Shown here: positions 1-9,526 of the stretch, piece by piece
How positions within the stretch are numbered: the first letter of the stretch is position 1
Layout of the letters: each line of letters starts with the position of its first letter
IMG/VR virus record: IMGVR_UViG_3300044837_000112
Coordinates: 14,972-78,971 of that record
Reading direction: 5' to 3' (one strand)
DNA length: 64,000 nt
Origin: a virus
Program-made: the position numbers and the translations under genes
Notes under the pieces: generated by a model
Told to the model about the DNA's origin: nothing
Databases searched by the model: none
What the model saw: the letters and a program-made list of their open reading frames with translations, nothing else

Positions 1-188
1 CGAATCGAGAGCCTCGGTGGCTGGTTCCATTTCCTTGGAGCCGTCAAGGACGCAAACACCCAGCATGAGGTGGCCGTGGCTGCGACGCCTTTCTAGGCCA
101 ACCGCTGGCCTTGTGCACGATCCCGTAACATGCAACACTGCAACACACGCAAATCCGGCAAATCTGTAAAACTGAGGGGAACCACAGA

Positions 189-1169
189 ATGACGAGTACT
201 GAAATCGAAGCGGCTGGCGCGTACGGCGACCTCTACGGTGGCCTGGAAGACTTCACCGTCAGCGATATGAAGCTGGCGCGGGTCACGATCGAGCACGCGG
301 ATGGCGTCTTCAAGGACTCGCTGACCGGCGAGACATTCAAGGAGATCTTCTTCATCCCGCTGGCACTGATCAAGCAGCGAGTGCTGTGGCACCCGACCGT
401 AACGGACGATTCGCAGCCGCTGTGCAAGGCGACAAACTTCGAACTCGGCTTCCCGACCGTCGGCCAGCCGAAGGACGTCCAGAACTTCCCCTGGGGCGCA
501 GCCAAACTGAACCCCGCTGACTTCCCGGCCTCGCCAGAGTTCGGACGGCCGGTGGTCCCGTGCTCCTCCTGCGTTCTCAAGGACTGGGGCAGCGACCCGG
601 TCGGCGGCAAGAAGCCGTGGTGCACCGAGCAGCACTCGATCCCGGTCCTGTACGGCGCGACGTCGGACGACTGCATCAACATGGCAGTCATGACATTCCA
701 GCGGTCGTCGATGCAGGCCTCGAAGGCGTTCTTCGCCAGCATCATGCGGGCCAGGAAGCCGGCCTTCTCGGTGATCGGCAAGGCGACCTTGCTCGCACAG
801 AAGCGTGGCACGAACACCTTCCACGTCCCGGTGCTCGCGAAGTTCACGGACACCGAGATGTCGACCTGGGGTGCCTTCTCGGAGCAGGCGAAGACGATCG
901 CCGACTACCTGCGCGAACCGCCGCTGCTCAAGATGGACGGTGCTCCGGACGTTTCTGGCATCGCGGCGGCAACCACCTGGACGCCGGGTGTCGCTGCTCC
1001 CGTTGCTGTAACTCCGACCGTCGTGACGGCCCCGCCGGGCGCCACGATCGCCGGAGCAGTCGTTACAACGGCCCCCGTGGCCGTCCCCGCGACACCAGCA
1101 CCGGCGATGATGGCGCCAATCGCGACGCCTGCTGGCGGTCGCGACGGCAACGACGACCTGCCTTTCTAG
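189..1169 (+). CDS. Putative phage single-stranded DNA-binding protein
   Basis: 326 aa; Ala/Pro/Thr linker then acidic C-terminal tip DDLPF typical of SSBs; GAGGGA RBS; replication-gene context. Confidence 0.6.
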   Translation: MTSTEIEAAGAYGDLYGGLEDFTVSDMKLARVTIEHADGVFKDSLTGETFKEIFFIPLALIKQRVLWHPTVTDDSQPLCKATNFELGFPTVGQPKDVQNFPWGAAKLNPADFPASPEFGRPVVPCSSCVLKDWGSDPVGGKKPWCTEQHSIPVLYGATSDDCINMAVMTFQRSSMQASKAFFASIMRARKPAFSVIGKATLLAQKRGTNTFHVPVLAKFTDTEMSTWGAFSEQAKTIADYLREPPLLKMDGAPDVSGIAAATTWTPGVAAPVAVTPTVVTAPPGATIAGAVVTTAPVAVPATPAPAMMAPIATPAGGRDGNDDLPF

Positions 1170-1181
1170 GCAGCCGATACT

Positions 1182-1219
1182 GGGCGACCCGACCCTATCT
1201 CTAGGGGGCCGGGTCGCCC
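1182..1219 (+). terminator. GC-rich hairpin, probable terminator after SSB-like gene
   Basis: GGGCGACCCG...CGGGTCGCCC inverted repeat just after stop, followed by TCTCT. Confidence 0.55.
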
Positions 1220-1237
1220 TCTCTAAGGAGACAAATC

Positions 1238-1792
1238 ATGTCCGATGAGGACAACGAGCTGCCAGAGCCGCCACCGGGCTTCCGGTTCATCACGCCCGAG
1301 ATACAGGCGGAGATGCAGCAGCGTGCGATGGCACAGGCCACCGAAATGGGTTTATCGGTACACAGCCTGTTCGAGAGTCTGAAGCCGGAGCAGATGCATA
1401 CGCTGATGCGTATGTTCAACATCTGCGTCGGCAACAAGAAGCTGATGCTGCCAACCTATTGGGCTGGACAACTGCACGCGGTACTCCGCTACAAGCACGG
1501 CATCTGTTCCTGCTGCGGCAACCCACTGCACGACGAGCTGGATATCTCCAAGTTCGTCGGCAGCGAAGAGGCTGCGACCGAGGAAGTTGCAAAGGTGGAG
1601 GGTCCGGAGATCGAGGAGTCGTCGGTGGAGCAGATGCTGCGATACAACGTCTCCTCCATCCAGCCGGGTGATCCGTCCGTGGAGTGCAACAAGTGCAGCA
1701 CGTACTTCCCTAGCCTGGAAGCTCGGATGGAATCGGGGCTCAAGTGCCCGGTCTGCCTCTTGGGGGAGCGCTTTGGGAAAGCTGACTCCTAG
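1238..1792 (+). CDS. Hypothetical protein with Cys pairs (CSCC, CNKC, CPVC)
   Basis: AAGGAG RBS; CxxC motifs suggest Zn binding. Confidence 0.7.
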   Translation: MSDEDNELPEPPPGFRFITPEIQAEMQQRAMAQATEMGLSVHSLFESLKPEQMHTLMRMFNICVGNKKLMLPTYWAGQLHAVLRYKHGICSCCGNPLHDELDISKFVGSEEAATEEVAKVEGPEIEESSVEQMLRYNVSSIQPGDPSVECNKCSTYFPSLEARMESGLKCPVCLLGERFGKADS

Positions 1793-2018
1793 ACAGAAGG
1801 CGTTCGACATTACTGAACACCTGCCAGCCGACATGTCGAGTGGCGAGAAGATAAACCAGACACGCGACCCGTTCACGGGAGACGTATATGGCCCTGGCTT
1901 GAAGATAAGCGCAGACGGTGAAATCACCAGGATTGAACTAACTGAAGAGCTTCCCGACTGAGCTTTCCCTAGCCCGCCGGTAGGGGAGAGTAATGCGAAG
2001 AACCTGGAAGATGAAAAT

Positions 2019-2303
2019 ATGGGTAATGATCCTGCACCACATGCGGGACCACCCTGCTGCTATCAGGAGTACGTCGACATCCTGGCCTCCAAGAAAGACT
2101 GGAGCGCAGTCAGACGTAAAGGTTACACCGACGCCATCAATAATACTGTTGCCACTATTCCAGATGGCAGCAGCCAAGACGAAATAGCTGATTACTACCG
2201 GGGGTACAACGATGGAGCCAAATCGAACGAAGTCTGGATTGATTGTCCCCGCCGGTGTTCCATCCAGCGCATCCACGCCCGCCGTTGGCTTGCCAACCAC
2301 TGA
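2019..2303 (+). CDS. Hypothetical protein
   Basis: ORF preceded by CCTGGAAGATGA motif; overlaps next ORF so extent uncertain. Confidence 0.4.
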   Translation: MGNDPAPHAGPPCCYQEYVDILASKKDWSAVRRKGYTDAINNTVATIPDGSSQDEIADYYRGYNDGAKSNEVWIDCPRRCSIQRIHARRWLANH

Positions 2304-2556
2304 GCCGACGAAGGTACCAGTCATCGACGGCTTCCCGCTCGCGAGCCAGTTCATCCTGGCTCGCGAGGTGCACGTGATCGCCAGACTTCTCGAGGGTAAC
2401 AAAACGGCGACTGTTATTTTCTCGCTAGTGGGTGCGACGGCGCAGGATATGGACGCAAACCTCTGTGCCACGTTTATCTCTGACTATCACGGATCGATGG
2501 CACTGGGGCGTGAACTCATCAAGCACGCGACTGATATACCGCTCGTACAGCGATGA
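2212..2556 (+). CDS. Hypothetical protein
   Basis: ORF with ATGA overlap to next gene; true start uncertain. Confidence 0.5.
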   Translation: MEPNRTKSGLIVPAGVPSSASTPAVGLPTTEPTKVPVIDGFPLASQFILAREVHVIARLLEGNKTATVIFSLVGATAQDMDANLCATFISDYHGSMALGRELIKHATDIPLVQR

Positions 2557-2834
2557 AGTACCTCCTGATTCCGCATAATGCCAGATATTCACGGGACGAG
2601 GATGGCAAGTTTCACACCTGGAAAGTTATAATGGCGAACTGGGACGATTCGCCAGGATTTCGAGCTGACGGCAGGACGCGTACCTGGGCAACCGAGGAAG
2701 AGGCGCGCGCCGATATCGCAAAGCGGAAGCGTAACTGGCCAGCACTACTGCAGCACATCGTCACCGAAAACGTGGAGGAGTTCACTGATGACCCCAGCGC
2801 CTCGGAAATCGATGGCTCCGGAGTTGCTGGATGA
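2553..2834 (+). CDS. Hypothetical protein
   Basis: Translationally coupled ORF in + strand operon. Confidence 0.6.
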   Translation: MKYLLIPHNARYSRDEDGKFHTWKVIMANWDDSPGFRADGRTRTWATEEEARADIAKRKRNWPALLQHIVTENVEEFTDDPSASEIDGSGVAG

Positions 2835-4263
2835 TGTCGACTTCTACGACCACCAGATTGACGGCGTACGAGAGATGTGTCGGATGCGAAGTATCATCCT
2901 CGCAGACGACATGGGGCTCGGAAAGTCTCTACAGGCGCTAGCGGCCTTCATTGCCGATATTAAGATGTCCGGGGCGCCGTCGACGGCGGTAGTCATCTGT
3001 CCGACGTCACTGCGGGACAACTGGGCTGACGAGATCGACAAGTTTACAACCTTGCCGTACATGCTTCTCGGTCAGGACATCAACCCGAAAACCGGAAAGC
3101 TACGAACGCTGACTGGCGCTGGTCGATCGTTGCAGATAGCCGAGTTCGCGTCGTGGATCGGCACGAAGATCCTGATCATGAACTACGAGCAGGTAAAGCC
3201 ACACCTGGTCGAGCTGAACTCGCTCGCCATCCGAGTTGGCATCTTCGACGAGGCGCACTACATCAAGAACCACTCGTCACAGCGAACGAAGGCATGCCTT
3301 AGCCTGAAGGACGAGCGGTCCTTCCTGCTGACTGGCACACCACTGCTGAACCACGTCGGCGAGTTGTGGCCGCTGCTGAACAAGGTGGCACCATCTAGCT
3401 TCAAGTCGTACCACGCCTTTATGAACCGCTACTGCGTATTCGGCGGCTGGAATAACCGACAGGTAATGTCGGTGAAGAATCAAAAGGAACTACAGGCCAT
3501 CCTCGACAAGGTGATGATTCGTCGACTCAAAAAGGATGTCCTAGATCTGCCCGAGGTACAGTACATCCAGGTGAAGGTGGACCTGCATCCTAAGCAGCGC
3601 TACCTGTATGACCAGATAGAAGAAGAACTTCGGCTCGAGTCTGTAGATCCGGGCGGCATCGATACTGAAGTCAGTAATGCACTCACGCAGTTCCTGCGGC
3701 TGAAGCAGATCTGCGGAACGCCGTTCACCCTCGGCTTCGGTGATGACAGTTACAAGCTAGATGCGGTCGTCGCCCGGCTACTGGAGAAGGTTGACGCTGG
3801 CGAGAAGGTAGTTCTGTTCTCCCAGTTCCGAGGCGTCCTCGAAGCACTGCGACTGCGCTGCATGGAAGTCAGCATCCTGTCGCTTTCGCTGAATGGAGAT
3901 GTGCCGGTGGGCGAGCGGCAAGCACTAGTCAAACGCTGGGCCGCAATACCAGGCGGTGCGGTAATCCTGTGCCAGTCATCCGTGGCTGGCGTGGGTCTCA
4001 ATATGACCGCAGCAAAGGTAGGCTTCTTCGTAGACAAGCTGTTCGTCCCGGGCCTGAATCAGCAGTGTGTTGACCGCATGCACCGGATCGGCGCCTCGAC
4101 TACCCAACCCGTCCAGATCTTCGAGTTCATTGCCAAGGGGACCGTCGAGTCTCGAGTCGAGGCGATCCTGCGATCGAAGAAGATAACGTTCGACAAGGTG
4201 ATCGGCGGCACCGCGCTGATGCGAAAGTTGTTGGCCGCGCTGAGGGAGAAGGAGGAAGTGTGA
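2788..4263 (+). CDS. SNF2-family (SF2) DNA helicase/ATPase
   Basis: ILADDMGLGKS Walker A, FDEAH, LTGTP, VVLFSQF, GVGLNM, QCVDRMHRIG motifs. Confidence 0.95.
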   Translation: MTPAPRKSMAPELLDDVDFYDHQIDGVREMCRMRSIILADDMGLGKSLQALAAFIADIKMSGAPSTAVVICPTSLRDNWADEIDKFTTLPYMLLGQDINPKTGKLRTLTGAGRSLQIAEFASWIGTKILIMNYEQVKPHLVELNSLAIRVGIFDEAHYIKNHSSQRTKACLSLKDERSFLLTGTPLLNHVGELWPLLNKVAPSSFKSYHAFMNRYCVFGGWNNRQVMSVKNQKELQAILDKVMIRRLKKDVLDLPEVQYIQVKVDLHPKQRYLYDQIEEELRLESVDPGGIDTEVSNALTQFLRLKQICGTPFTLGFGDDSYKLDAVVARLLEKVDAGEKVVLFSQFRGVLEALRLRCMEVSILSLSLNGDVPVGERQALVKRWAAIPGGAVILCQSSVAGVGLNMTAAKVGFFVDKLFVPGLNQQCVDRMHRIGASTTQPVQIFEFIAKGTVESRVEAILRSKKITFDKVIGGTALMRKLLAALREKEEV

Positions 4264-4442
4264 TCTGGCAGATCGGCGCATTAGCAGTAATGATAATCAC
4301 CCTGTGCTACGCACTCGACTGGCCATCCGTGACCACCGGCAAGAAAATCAACGCCCTCGAGGAAGACATAAAGGAGCTTCAGGACGCCATCGCGCGAATC
4401 GAGGCGTACATTCAACTTCCGACGACATGGAGAGCCAAGTGA
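4260..4442 (+). CDS. Small membrane-anchored coiled-coil protein
   Basis: N-terminal hydrophobic helix then heptad pattern; GTGA overlap with helicase stop. Confidence 0.55.
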   Translation: MIWQIGALAVMIITLCYALDWPSVTTGKKINALEEDIKELQDAIARIEAYIQLPTTWRAK

Positions 4443-4611
4443 TCTGCAAGCCGTGCCGCGAGGCTGGAGATACAAGGGTAATCATCGAGGCAGGCGAACC
4501 TATGGGCATCTCGCCTATGGGCTACGCGAACCTGGTCAACATGCACAAGAACTGCAATATTCCAGGCAGAGGTTGCGCCTGTCAACATAAAGTTCCGAAG
4601 GTAGGTATACA

Positions 4612-4845
4612 ATGGGGGAAGAGCTAGCAGGTGATGACAAGCCGATCGAGCGACAGTACGTCGTCGCCGAGATCGCGCTGATCCTCAGCCTCAACGAGGA
4701 GACGGTTCGCGTAAAACTGCGGGCCGGTAATCTTCGCGGCAAGAACGTGGACGGCATCTGGCGCGTGCCGAAGTCAGAGATCGCTCGCTACCTCGAAGAA
4801 GGTAGCTACAAACCGGAGGCCAGCAATGGAACCAGTAGTAAGTAG
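4612..4845 (+). CDS. Helix-turn-helix (excisionase/MerR-like) DNA-binding protein
   Basis: YVVAEIALILSLNEETVRVKLRAGNLRG...WRVPKSEIARY matches the HTH_17 pattern. Confidence 0.8.
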   Translation: MGEELAGDDKPIERQYVVAEIALILSLNEETVRVKLRAGNLRGKNVDGIWRVPKSEIARYLEEGSYKPEASNGTSSK

Positions 4846-5521
4846 TATCACGCGTCGCCTGCTGCCCGGCGAGACGCCGCTATTCTGGATCGACATCGAG
4901 ACGACCGGCCTCGATCCGGACGATGACATCATCCTGGAAGTCGGCATCCGGATCACCAACCAGAACCTGTTGGAGCTGGCGCGGTACACGACGCTCGTCA
5001 TGTGCGTGCTGCCGAATACCCTGTCTGCGATTGGCCGAGCGAGCCAGTTCGTCAAGGACATGCACTACAAGTCAGGCCTGACGGAGGATATCAAGCAGCT
5101 CGGCCTCTCGGAAGCCTCGCATAACTTCTGGCCGGAGCACTGCGAGCAGGCGATCCTCGGCTTCATCAACGAATTCCTCGGCCGCGTCGACTGGGCGTGG
5201 CCGAGGAAGCCGCCGATGTGTGGAAGCTCGGTCCAGTTCGATCGATCGTTCCTGGCCAAGCACATGCCGATCCTGCACGACTTCTTCGACTACCGGCAGC
5301 GCGACGTCTCCTCGGTCAAGGAGTGGTGCGTCGTTCTCAACCCGAAGATCGCCGCACACCTGAAGGAAGAGGAGGCCGCCTGGGTGAAGGTGCACCGTCC
5401 GCAGGCGGACCTCGACGCCAGCATCCGTGAGATGAAGTTCTACATCGAGGAGTTCCTGCTGGTCGATTCGGTGATCGATATCTACGAGGACCACGACCCG
5501 GCGCAACAGCCCCTGTTCTAG
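4826..5521 (+). CDS. orn: Oligoribonuclease (DEDDh 3'-5' exonuclease)
   Basis: WIDIETTGLD, MH.KSGL, PMCGSSVQFDRSFL, DVSSVKE, HR...D motifs of Orn. Confidence 0.9.
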   Translation: MEPVVSSITRRLLPGETPLFWIDIETTGLDPDDDIILEVGIRITNQNLLELARYTTLVMCVLPNTLSAIGRASQFVKDMHYKSGLTEDIKQLGLSEASHNFWPEHCEQAILGFINEFLGRVDWAWPRKPPMCGSSVQFDRSFLAKHMPILHDFFDYRQRDVSSVKEWCVVLNPKIAAHLKEEEAAWVKVHRPQADLDASIREMKFYIEEFLLVDSVIDIYEDHDPAQQPLF

Positions 5522-5535
5522 GTAGGAGAGCCCCT

Positions 5536-6669
5536 GTGCCAACCCGAGTTGTTTTTGAAACAGGTACCATCGGAGATGTCATCCGAAAAGCCACCCAAGT
5601 GGCACCAGCGAAGGTTGGCGCAGCGTTCGACTCGGCGGCGGGTCTCGTGTTTGACATCGATCCCGCCGCCGAGGCGAAGTGCGTAGTCCGCGCCACCGAC
5701 ACCTCCCTCTTCTACCTGGAGGTCGTCGATGTACTGGAGTGCACCGGCGATGCAGTCCGCTGGCGTCTGCCCTCGCAGTTGCTAGCAGCAGTGGTCGGCG
5801 GCATGTCGACAAAGACATCGAAGAACATCACCTTCCAGCAGGACGGCAAGAAGGTAGAGATCCTCTCCGGCCGCATGAAGGGCGACCTGATCCCGATCAC
5901 TGGGATGTCGTATCCTGACTGGAACGTCAGCGCCGATATCGACCTGGTTACCGCGCCCGACTTCGGTGCCCGCCTGCAGCGAGTCGAGTGGGCTTCGGCT
6001 AGCAGTGGCGACAAGAACGAACTGGCACCGATGGCGGGCGTGCTGGTGAACGGCACCCACCTAGTTGCCACCGACCGCTACAGGGTCGCTCGTGTCCCGT
6101 GTGAGATACCACTCGGGGAACCAGTTCTTATCCCGGCCAAGACACTCGCATCCCTCACGTCCAGAATGGGTAATGTAAAGGTCGGCTTCGATGGACATCT
6201 GTTCGTCGTGATGCCGGACTCATACACCCAGATAAAGACAGTTGTCATCACGACCGCCTTCCCGAACCTCGCTCCAGTATTCGCCAAGGAATTCACGACC
6301 GAGGTCGTCTTTCCAAAGTCGGAACTGATCGAGCGGGTTCAGCGGACTGGCGCATTCACCGGCTCCGAGCGGAACCCTATTGTCCAACTGTACCTCGGCC
6401 GCGAAGAGATCGCCGTCTACGTGACGAACCATGAGATCGGCTCGCTCGGCGATGTCCTCGAAGTGCCCGGCCAAATTGAACACGAGCGGTGCATCATCCG
6501 CTTCACGCCCAAGTTTTTGCTGGATGCGCTGACAAACGCACCGTCCGAGATGGTTACGATAAGGTATGATAACGACCGCGTCCGAGCCACCTCGCCAGTG
6601 AAGTTCGAGGCGCCAGGTGGTTACGAGGTATGGGTTTCCCCTCGTGCTGAAACTACACCTGCTGCTTAG
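5536..6669 (+). CDS. dnaN: DNA polymerase III sliding clamp (beta)
   Basis: 377 aa; RATDT, GVLV...LVATDRYRVA, FPNLAPV, FTPKFLLDAL motifs of beta clamp. Confidence 0.85.
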   Translation: MPTRVVFETGTIGDVIRKATQVAPAKVGAAFDSAAGLVFDIDPAAEAKCVVRATDTSLFYLEVVDVLECTGDAVRWRLPSQLLAAVVGGMSTKTSKNITFQQDGKKVEILSGRMKGDLIPITGMSYPDWNVSADIDLVTAPDFGARLQRVEWASASSGDKNELAPMAGVLVNGTHLVATDRYRVARVPCEIPLGEPVLIPAKTLASLTSRMGNVKVGFDGHLFVVMPDSYTQIKTVVITTAFPNLAPVFAKEFTTEVVFPKSELIERVQRTGAFTGSERNPIVQLYLGREEIAVYVTNHEIGSLGDVLEVPGQIEHERCIIRFTPKFLLDALTNAPSEMVTIRYDNDRVRATSPVKFEAPGGYEVWVSPRAETTPAA

Positions 6670-6721
6670 GTTGTGCTTTCCGTCCGTTTCACCCTAAGCT
6701 GGCGATCACAAAGGGGGCGAG

Positions 6722-7075
6722 ATGGCTACGAAATACGATTTCATCCTGAGCAACTCAATCGATGAGGGTTCGGTTTTCAAGTACAGTCTGCCGTTGCCGG
6801 TAGCCTATACGAGTGTTAACCTGGCACTCTACACTGTTGAGATGAAGGTAAAGAATAAGCGTGAGCCGGATGGCGTAATACTGATCGATCTGAGTCCTTA
6901 TGTCTCGATCGATCCTACTGCGAAAACAGTGAACATCGTCGTACCATCTAATGTCTTATCGCTTTTGTCTTGGACAAAGGGTGAGTACGACATAACGATC
7001 CGGCTGACTGCCGATGCAACCACGCGTACGCGTTTGCAGCAAGGCAGTATCACAATAAGCCGTGCTGTCTTCTAA
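6722..7075 (+). CDS. Ig-like beta protein resembling BppU N-terminal domain
   Basis: Pattern IDEGS.F...VNL..YTVEMKVK...GEYDI...RLQQGSITIS. Confidence 0.5.
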   Translation: MATKYDFILSNSIDEGSVFKYSLPLPVAYTSVNLALYTVEMKVKNKREPDGVILIDLSPYVSIDPTAKTVNIVVPSNVLSLLSWTKGEYDITIRLTADATTRTRLQQGSITISRAVF

Positions 7076-7081
7076 GGGAGG

Positions 7082-7585
7082 GTGATGGAGTTCAAGGAAC
7101 TGGACCCGGCCGAGCTTGCCCGCGCCGGGTTCAACGTCTTTCGACGTAGCACGCAAGGATACTGGCGGGGAGTAGAACTTCCGCCCTGGGAAGACCTCGG
7201 CGACGTGACGCGAAATCCCTGGATCGCCTTCGTCGAGAAGCTGCAGATGCGGATAGCGGATAGTGAAAGCTTCCGTTGGACACTGCTGCGCGCAAAGAGT
7301 GAGTTGCGACGCCGCAATGCGCTCGAAGTTCTCGATCAGATAGACCTGCTGCACGTTCAGGGTACACTCGGAATGGGAGTTGTAAGTGGCTACTGCATCG
7401 GATGCGACCTCGTCTGGCCGTGTGAAACTAAAAGGCTCATCCGAGCGTTTAAAAACCAAGCTACCGTGGCTGCCACAGCCGTGGACGGCGAAGCAGGGGC
7501 CAGTGTTCTACCTGGCGGGACGGATGACCGGCCTGCCGGAGTACAACTACCCTACGTTCAGGAAGGCAAGCGCCCGCCTGCGTGA
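7082..7585 (+). CDS. Hypothetical protein with C..C...WPC motif
   Basis: GGGAGG RBS; H...CIGCDLVWPCET motif common in actinophage proteins; 3' part overlaps next ORF. Confidence 0.55.
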   Translation: MMEFKELDPAELARAGFNVFRRSTQGYWRGVELPPWEDLGDVTRNPWIAFVEKLQMRIADSESFRWTLLRAKSELRRRNALEVLDQIDLLHVQGTLGMGVVSGYCIGCDLVWPCETKRLIRAFKNQATVAATAVDGEAGASVLPGGTDDRPAGVQLPYVQEGKRPPA

Positions 7586-7850
7586 ACGCGGTCTGACGGT
7601 AGTATCGCCCCATGAGATCGAACTCATCGGCATCCCACTGGAAAAGCAACACGAGCTAGACCCCGAGCAACTATGGCGGACGATGATGACGGCCGCCATG
7701 ATTTGCTTGACGCGGTGTAACCAGATTATTCTTATGACCGGCTGGAGCGAATCGCGCGGTGCGAGACGCGAACTAGAGTCCGCGTTGACATGCGGGCATG
7801 GGTTGTGGTACTATGATCCCGATACCGACAATCTGATTGAGGTAAAATAG
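7386..7850 (+). CDS. DUF4406 / nucleoside 2-deoxyribosyltransferase-like protein
   Basis: VFYLAGRMTGLPEYNYPTF...SP...C..I..M.GW..SRGARRE motif; start uncertain. Confidence 0.8.
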   Translation: MATASDATSSGRVKLKGSSERLKTKLPWLPQPWTAKQGPVFYLAGRMTGLPEYNYPTFRKASARLRERGLTVVSPHEIELIGIPLEKQHELDPEQLWRTMMTAAMICLTRCNQIILMTGWSESRGARRELESALTCGHGLWYYDPDTDNLIEVK

Positions 7851-8047
7851 TGCCCAGCGAAGATGACCCGAAGGTCAAGAAGTACGCGGAACTGCCCTGG
7901 TCTCCGTTCCACCCGGACATTAAGCCGTCGGTGACTGGCCAGAAATTTGGCCTCGGTATCGGCATCATTCTCGGTGGAACGGTCAGTATCGTACTACTGC
8001 TGCTGGTGCTTAAGCTGATCATCATCGTCGCCACCTGGGTCTTCTGA
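7850..8047 (+). CDS. Small membrane protein
   Basis: Long C-terminal hydrophobic segment; GAGG RBS. Confidence 0.6.
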   Translation: MPSEDDPKVKKYAELPWSPFHPDIKPSVTGQKFGLGIGIILGGTVSIVLLLLVLKLIIIVATWVF

Positions 8048-8048
8048 A

Positions 8049-8600
8049 ATGCTGATAAAAGACGAAAACTTTATCAAGTGGTACGCGTTAAACCTCAACC
8101 CCGAGCCGTGGCGCATTGGCCCGATTGGCTGGAAGGTCGTCAACGGGCGAAAGATTCCCTTCGTTGCGCCCGATCCTGACCTCAAGAACTACCAAGAAGC
8201 AGTCCGCGAACAGTTGGGCTTCCAGCTGGAACATGGCGGAATTCTGCCGTACGGTGGCTTGGTAAGTCTGCACTTCTTCTTCTGGAGACAGCTCGACTCC
8301 TACGAGACCGACGAGAAGAAATCGCAACGGCATATCGCCGACGCAACGAACATGCAGAAGGCACTCGAGGATGCCCTGCAGGGCACGCTGATCACGAACG
8401 ACCGGAACGTCCGGCGCATCAGATCTGACCTCATCGAACAGACACCGACGACGGTTCCGGCTATCATCATCAAGTTCTCAAGCTATCAGGAACCGTCAAT
8501 GGGCGAGCTGTGGCGGGAGGCTGACTTCCCTGCATATGTAACCAAGGTGCTTGCGGAGTTCGCCGAGACGCCGGGCCTGGCATTCGACAACTCACTGTAG
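8049..8600 (+). CDS. RusA-like Holliday junction resolvase
   Basis: DATNMQKALEDALQG...NDRNV catalytic motif. Confidence 0.8.
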   Translation: MLIKDENFIKWYALNLNPEPWRIGPIGWKVVNGRKIPFVAPDPDLKNYQEAVREQLGFQLEHGGILPYGGLVSLHFFFWRQLDSYETDEKKSQRHIADATNMQKALEDALQGTLITNDRNVRRIRSDLIEQTPTTVPAIIIKFSSYQEPSMGELWREADFPAYVTKVLAEFAETPGLAFDNSL

Positions 8601-8610
8601 GGGAGTAGCA

Positions 8611-9075
8611 ATGCACATTCTGATAATGGACAGCGACGAGCACATCCTCGGCAGCAAGAAGTGCTGTGGTGGTGTCTCTGGCAACTGTTCCGAGGAGGGT
8701 TGCATCGCCTGGGTGCACTACCAAGCGATGTACGGCGGCTACGACGAGGCCTGCGAAGTACACGACATCGCTCGATTCGAAGCTCGACCGGCAAAGCTGC
8801 CAGAAGCTGTTAGCGAAACCTTCAGCTTCGAAGAGTTCCGCGACAAGGGAGTGCTATTCCTGCTCAACACGGCTGTCTTCCATCCTCGCGGTATGGCCGT
8901 CGAGTGGGTCTACGACAAGGATGACCGGACCGTCCTCGTCGGCTGGCGCGTACGCGGCGACGGCACTGAGGTCTGGAGCTTCATGAAGTCCGATGAACTC
9001 GACGACGTCTTCGCGCGGTCGCAGGCGTTCCTGGAATCACTGATCCGCAAGGTGGAGGTCACCAATGGGAACTGA
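8611..9075 (+). CDS. Hypothetical protein
   Basis: GGGAG RBS before ATG 8611; L..LNT.VFHPRG motif. Confidence 0.6.
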   Translation: MHILIMDSDEHILGSKKCCGGVSGNCSEEGCIAWVHYQAMYGGYDEACEVHDIARFEARPAKLPEAVSETFSFEEFRDKGVLFLLNTAVFHPRGMAVEWVYDKDDRTVLVGWRVRGDGTEVWSFMKSDELDDVFARSQAFLESLIRKVEVTNGN

Positions 9076-9526
9076 ACCCGACTTCGAACACGGCGAGCCC
9101 GCACCAAAGCCAGGAACTGGTCCATCGATGCATGACCTGATCCTGGAAAATATCAAGATGCAACGCTTCATGTCCGAGCAGCATCTTGCAAACGGAGTCG
9201 CGCCGATCAACTCGCTGGCGACGCTCGATGCTGCAGCGGAGCGTATCAAGCGTCGCAAGGAATACGGCGCGGAGAAGTACAAAACAATCCTCCAGGCAAA
9301 CAACGGTCGCGACTCCCTCAACGATCTCCTCGACGAGATGGAAGACGTGCTCGCCTACAGCCGACAGCACGCCGAGGAGTTCGCCCAGTCGGAGATCGTG
9401 GATCTGGATGTCTTCAACATGATGCTGGCGCAGAAGCGTAACGTCTTCCTCCGGCTCCTTGACATCTACCTCGACCTGATAGAGATGAAGATCCTGCAGG
9501 AGCCGGCGGTCGATAGTGCCATATGA
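9065..9526 (+). CDS. Helical protein, possibly MazG-like nucleotide pyrophosphohydrolase fold
   Basis: R...G.EKY...L...NGRD.L.D..DE..D...Y pattern; GGAGG RBS; function is inference. Confidence 0.5.
   Translation: MGTEPDFEHGEPAPKPGTGPSMHDLILENIKMQRFMSEQHLANGVAPINSLATLDAAAERIKRRKEYGAEKYKTILQANNGRDSLNDLLDEMEDVLAYSRQHAEEFAQSEIVDLDVFNMMLAQKRNVFLRLLDIYLDLIEMKILQEPAVDSAI

Noticed and set aside
242-251. Additional CCTGGAA hits inside coding regions (242, 1714, 4934, 9143)
   Set aside because: Short matches explained by CTG GAA (Leu-Glu) codons; not counted as motif copies.
4612-4845. Excisionase implying an integration module
   Set aside because: No tyrosine or serine integrase or attP recognised in the window; this HTH family is common in lytic actinophages.
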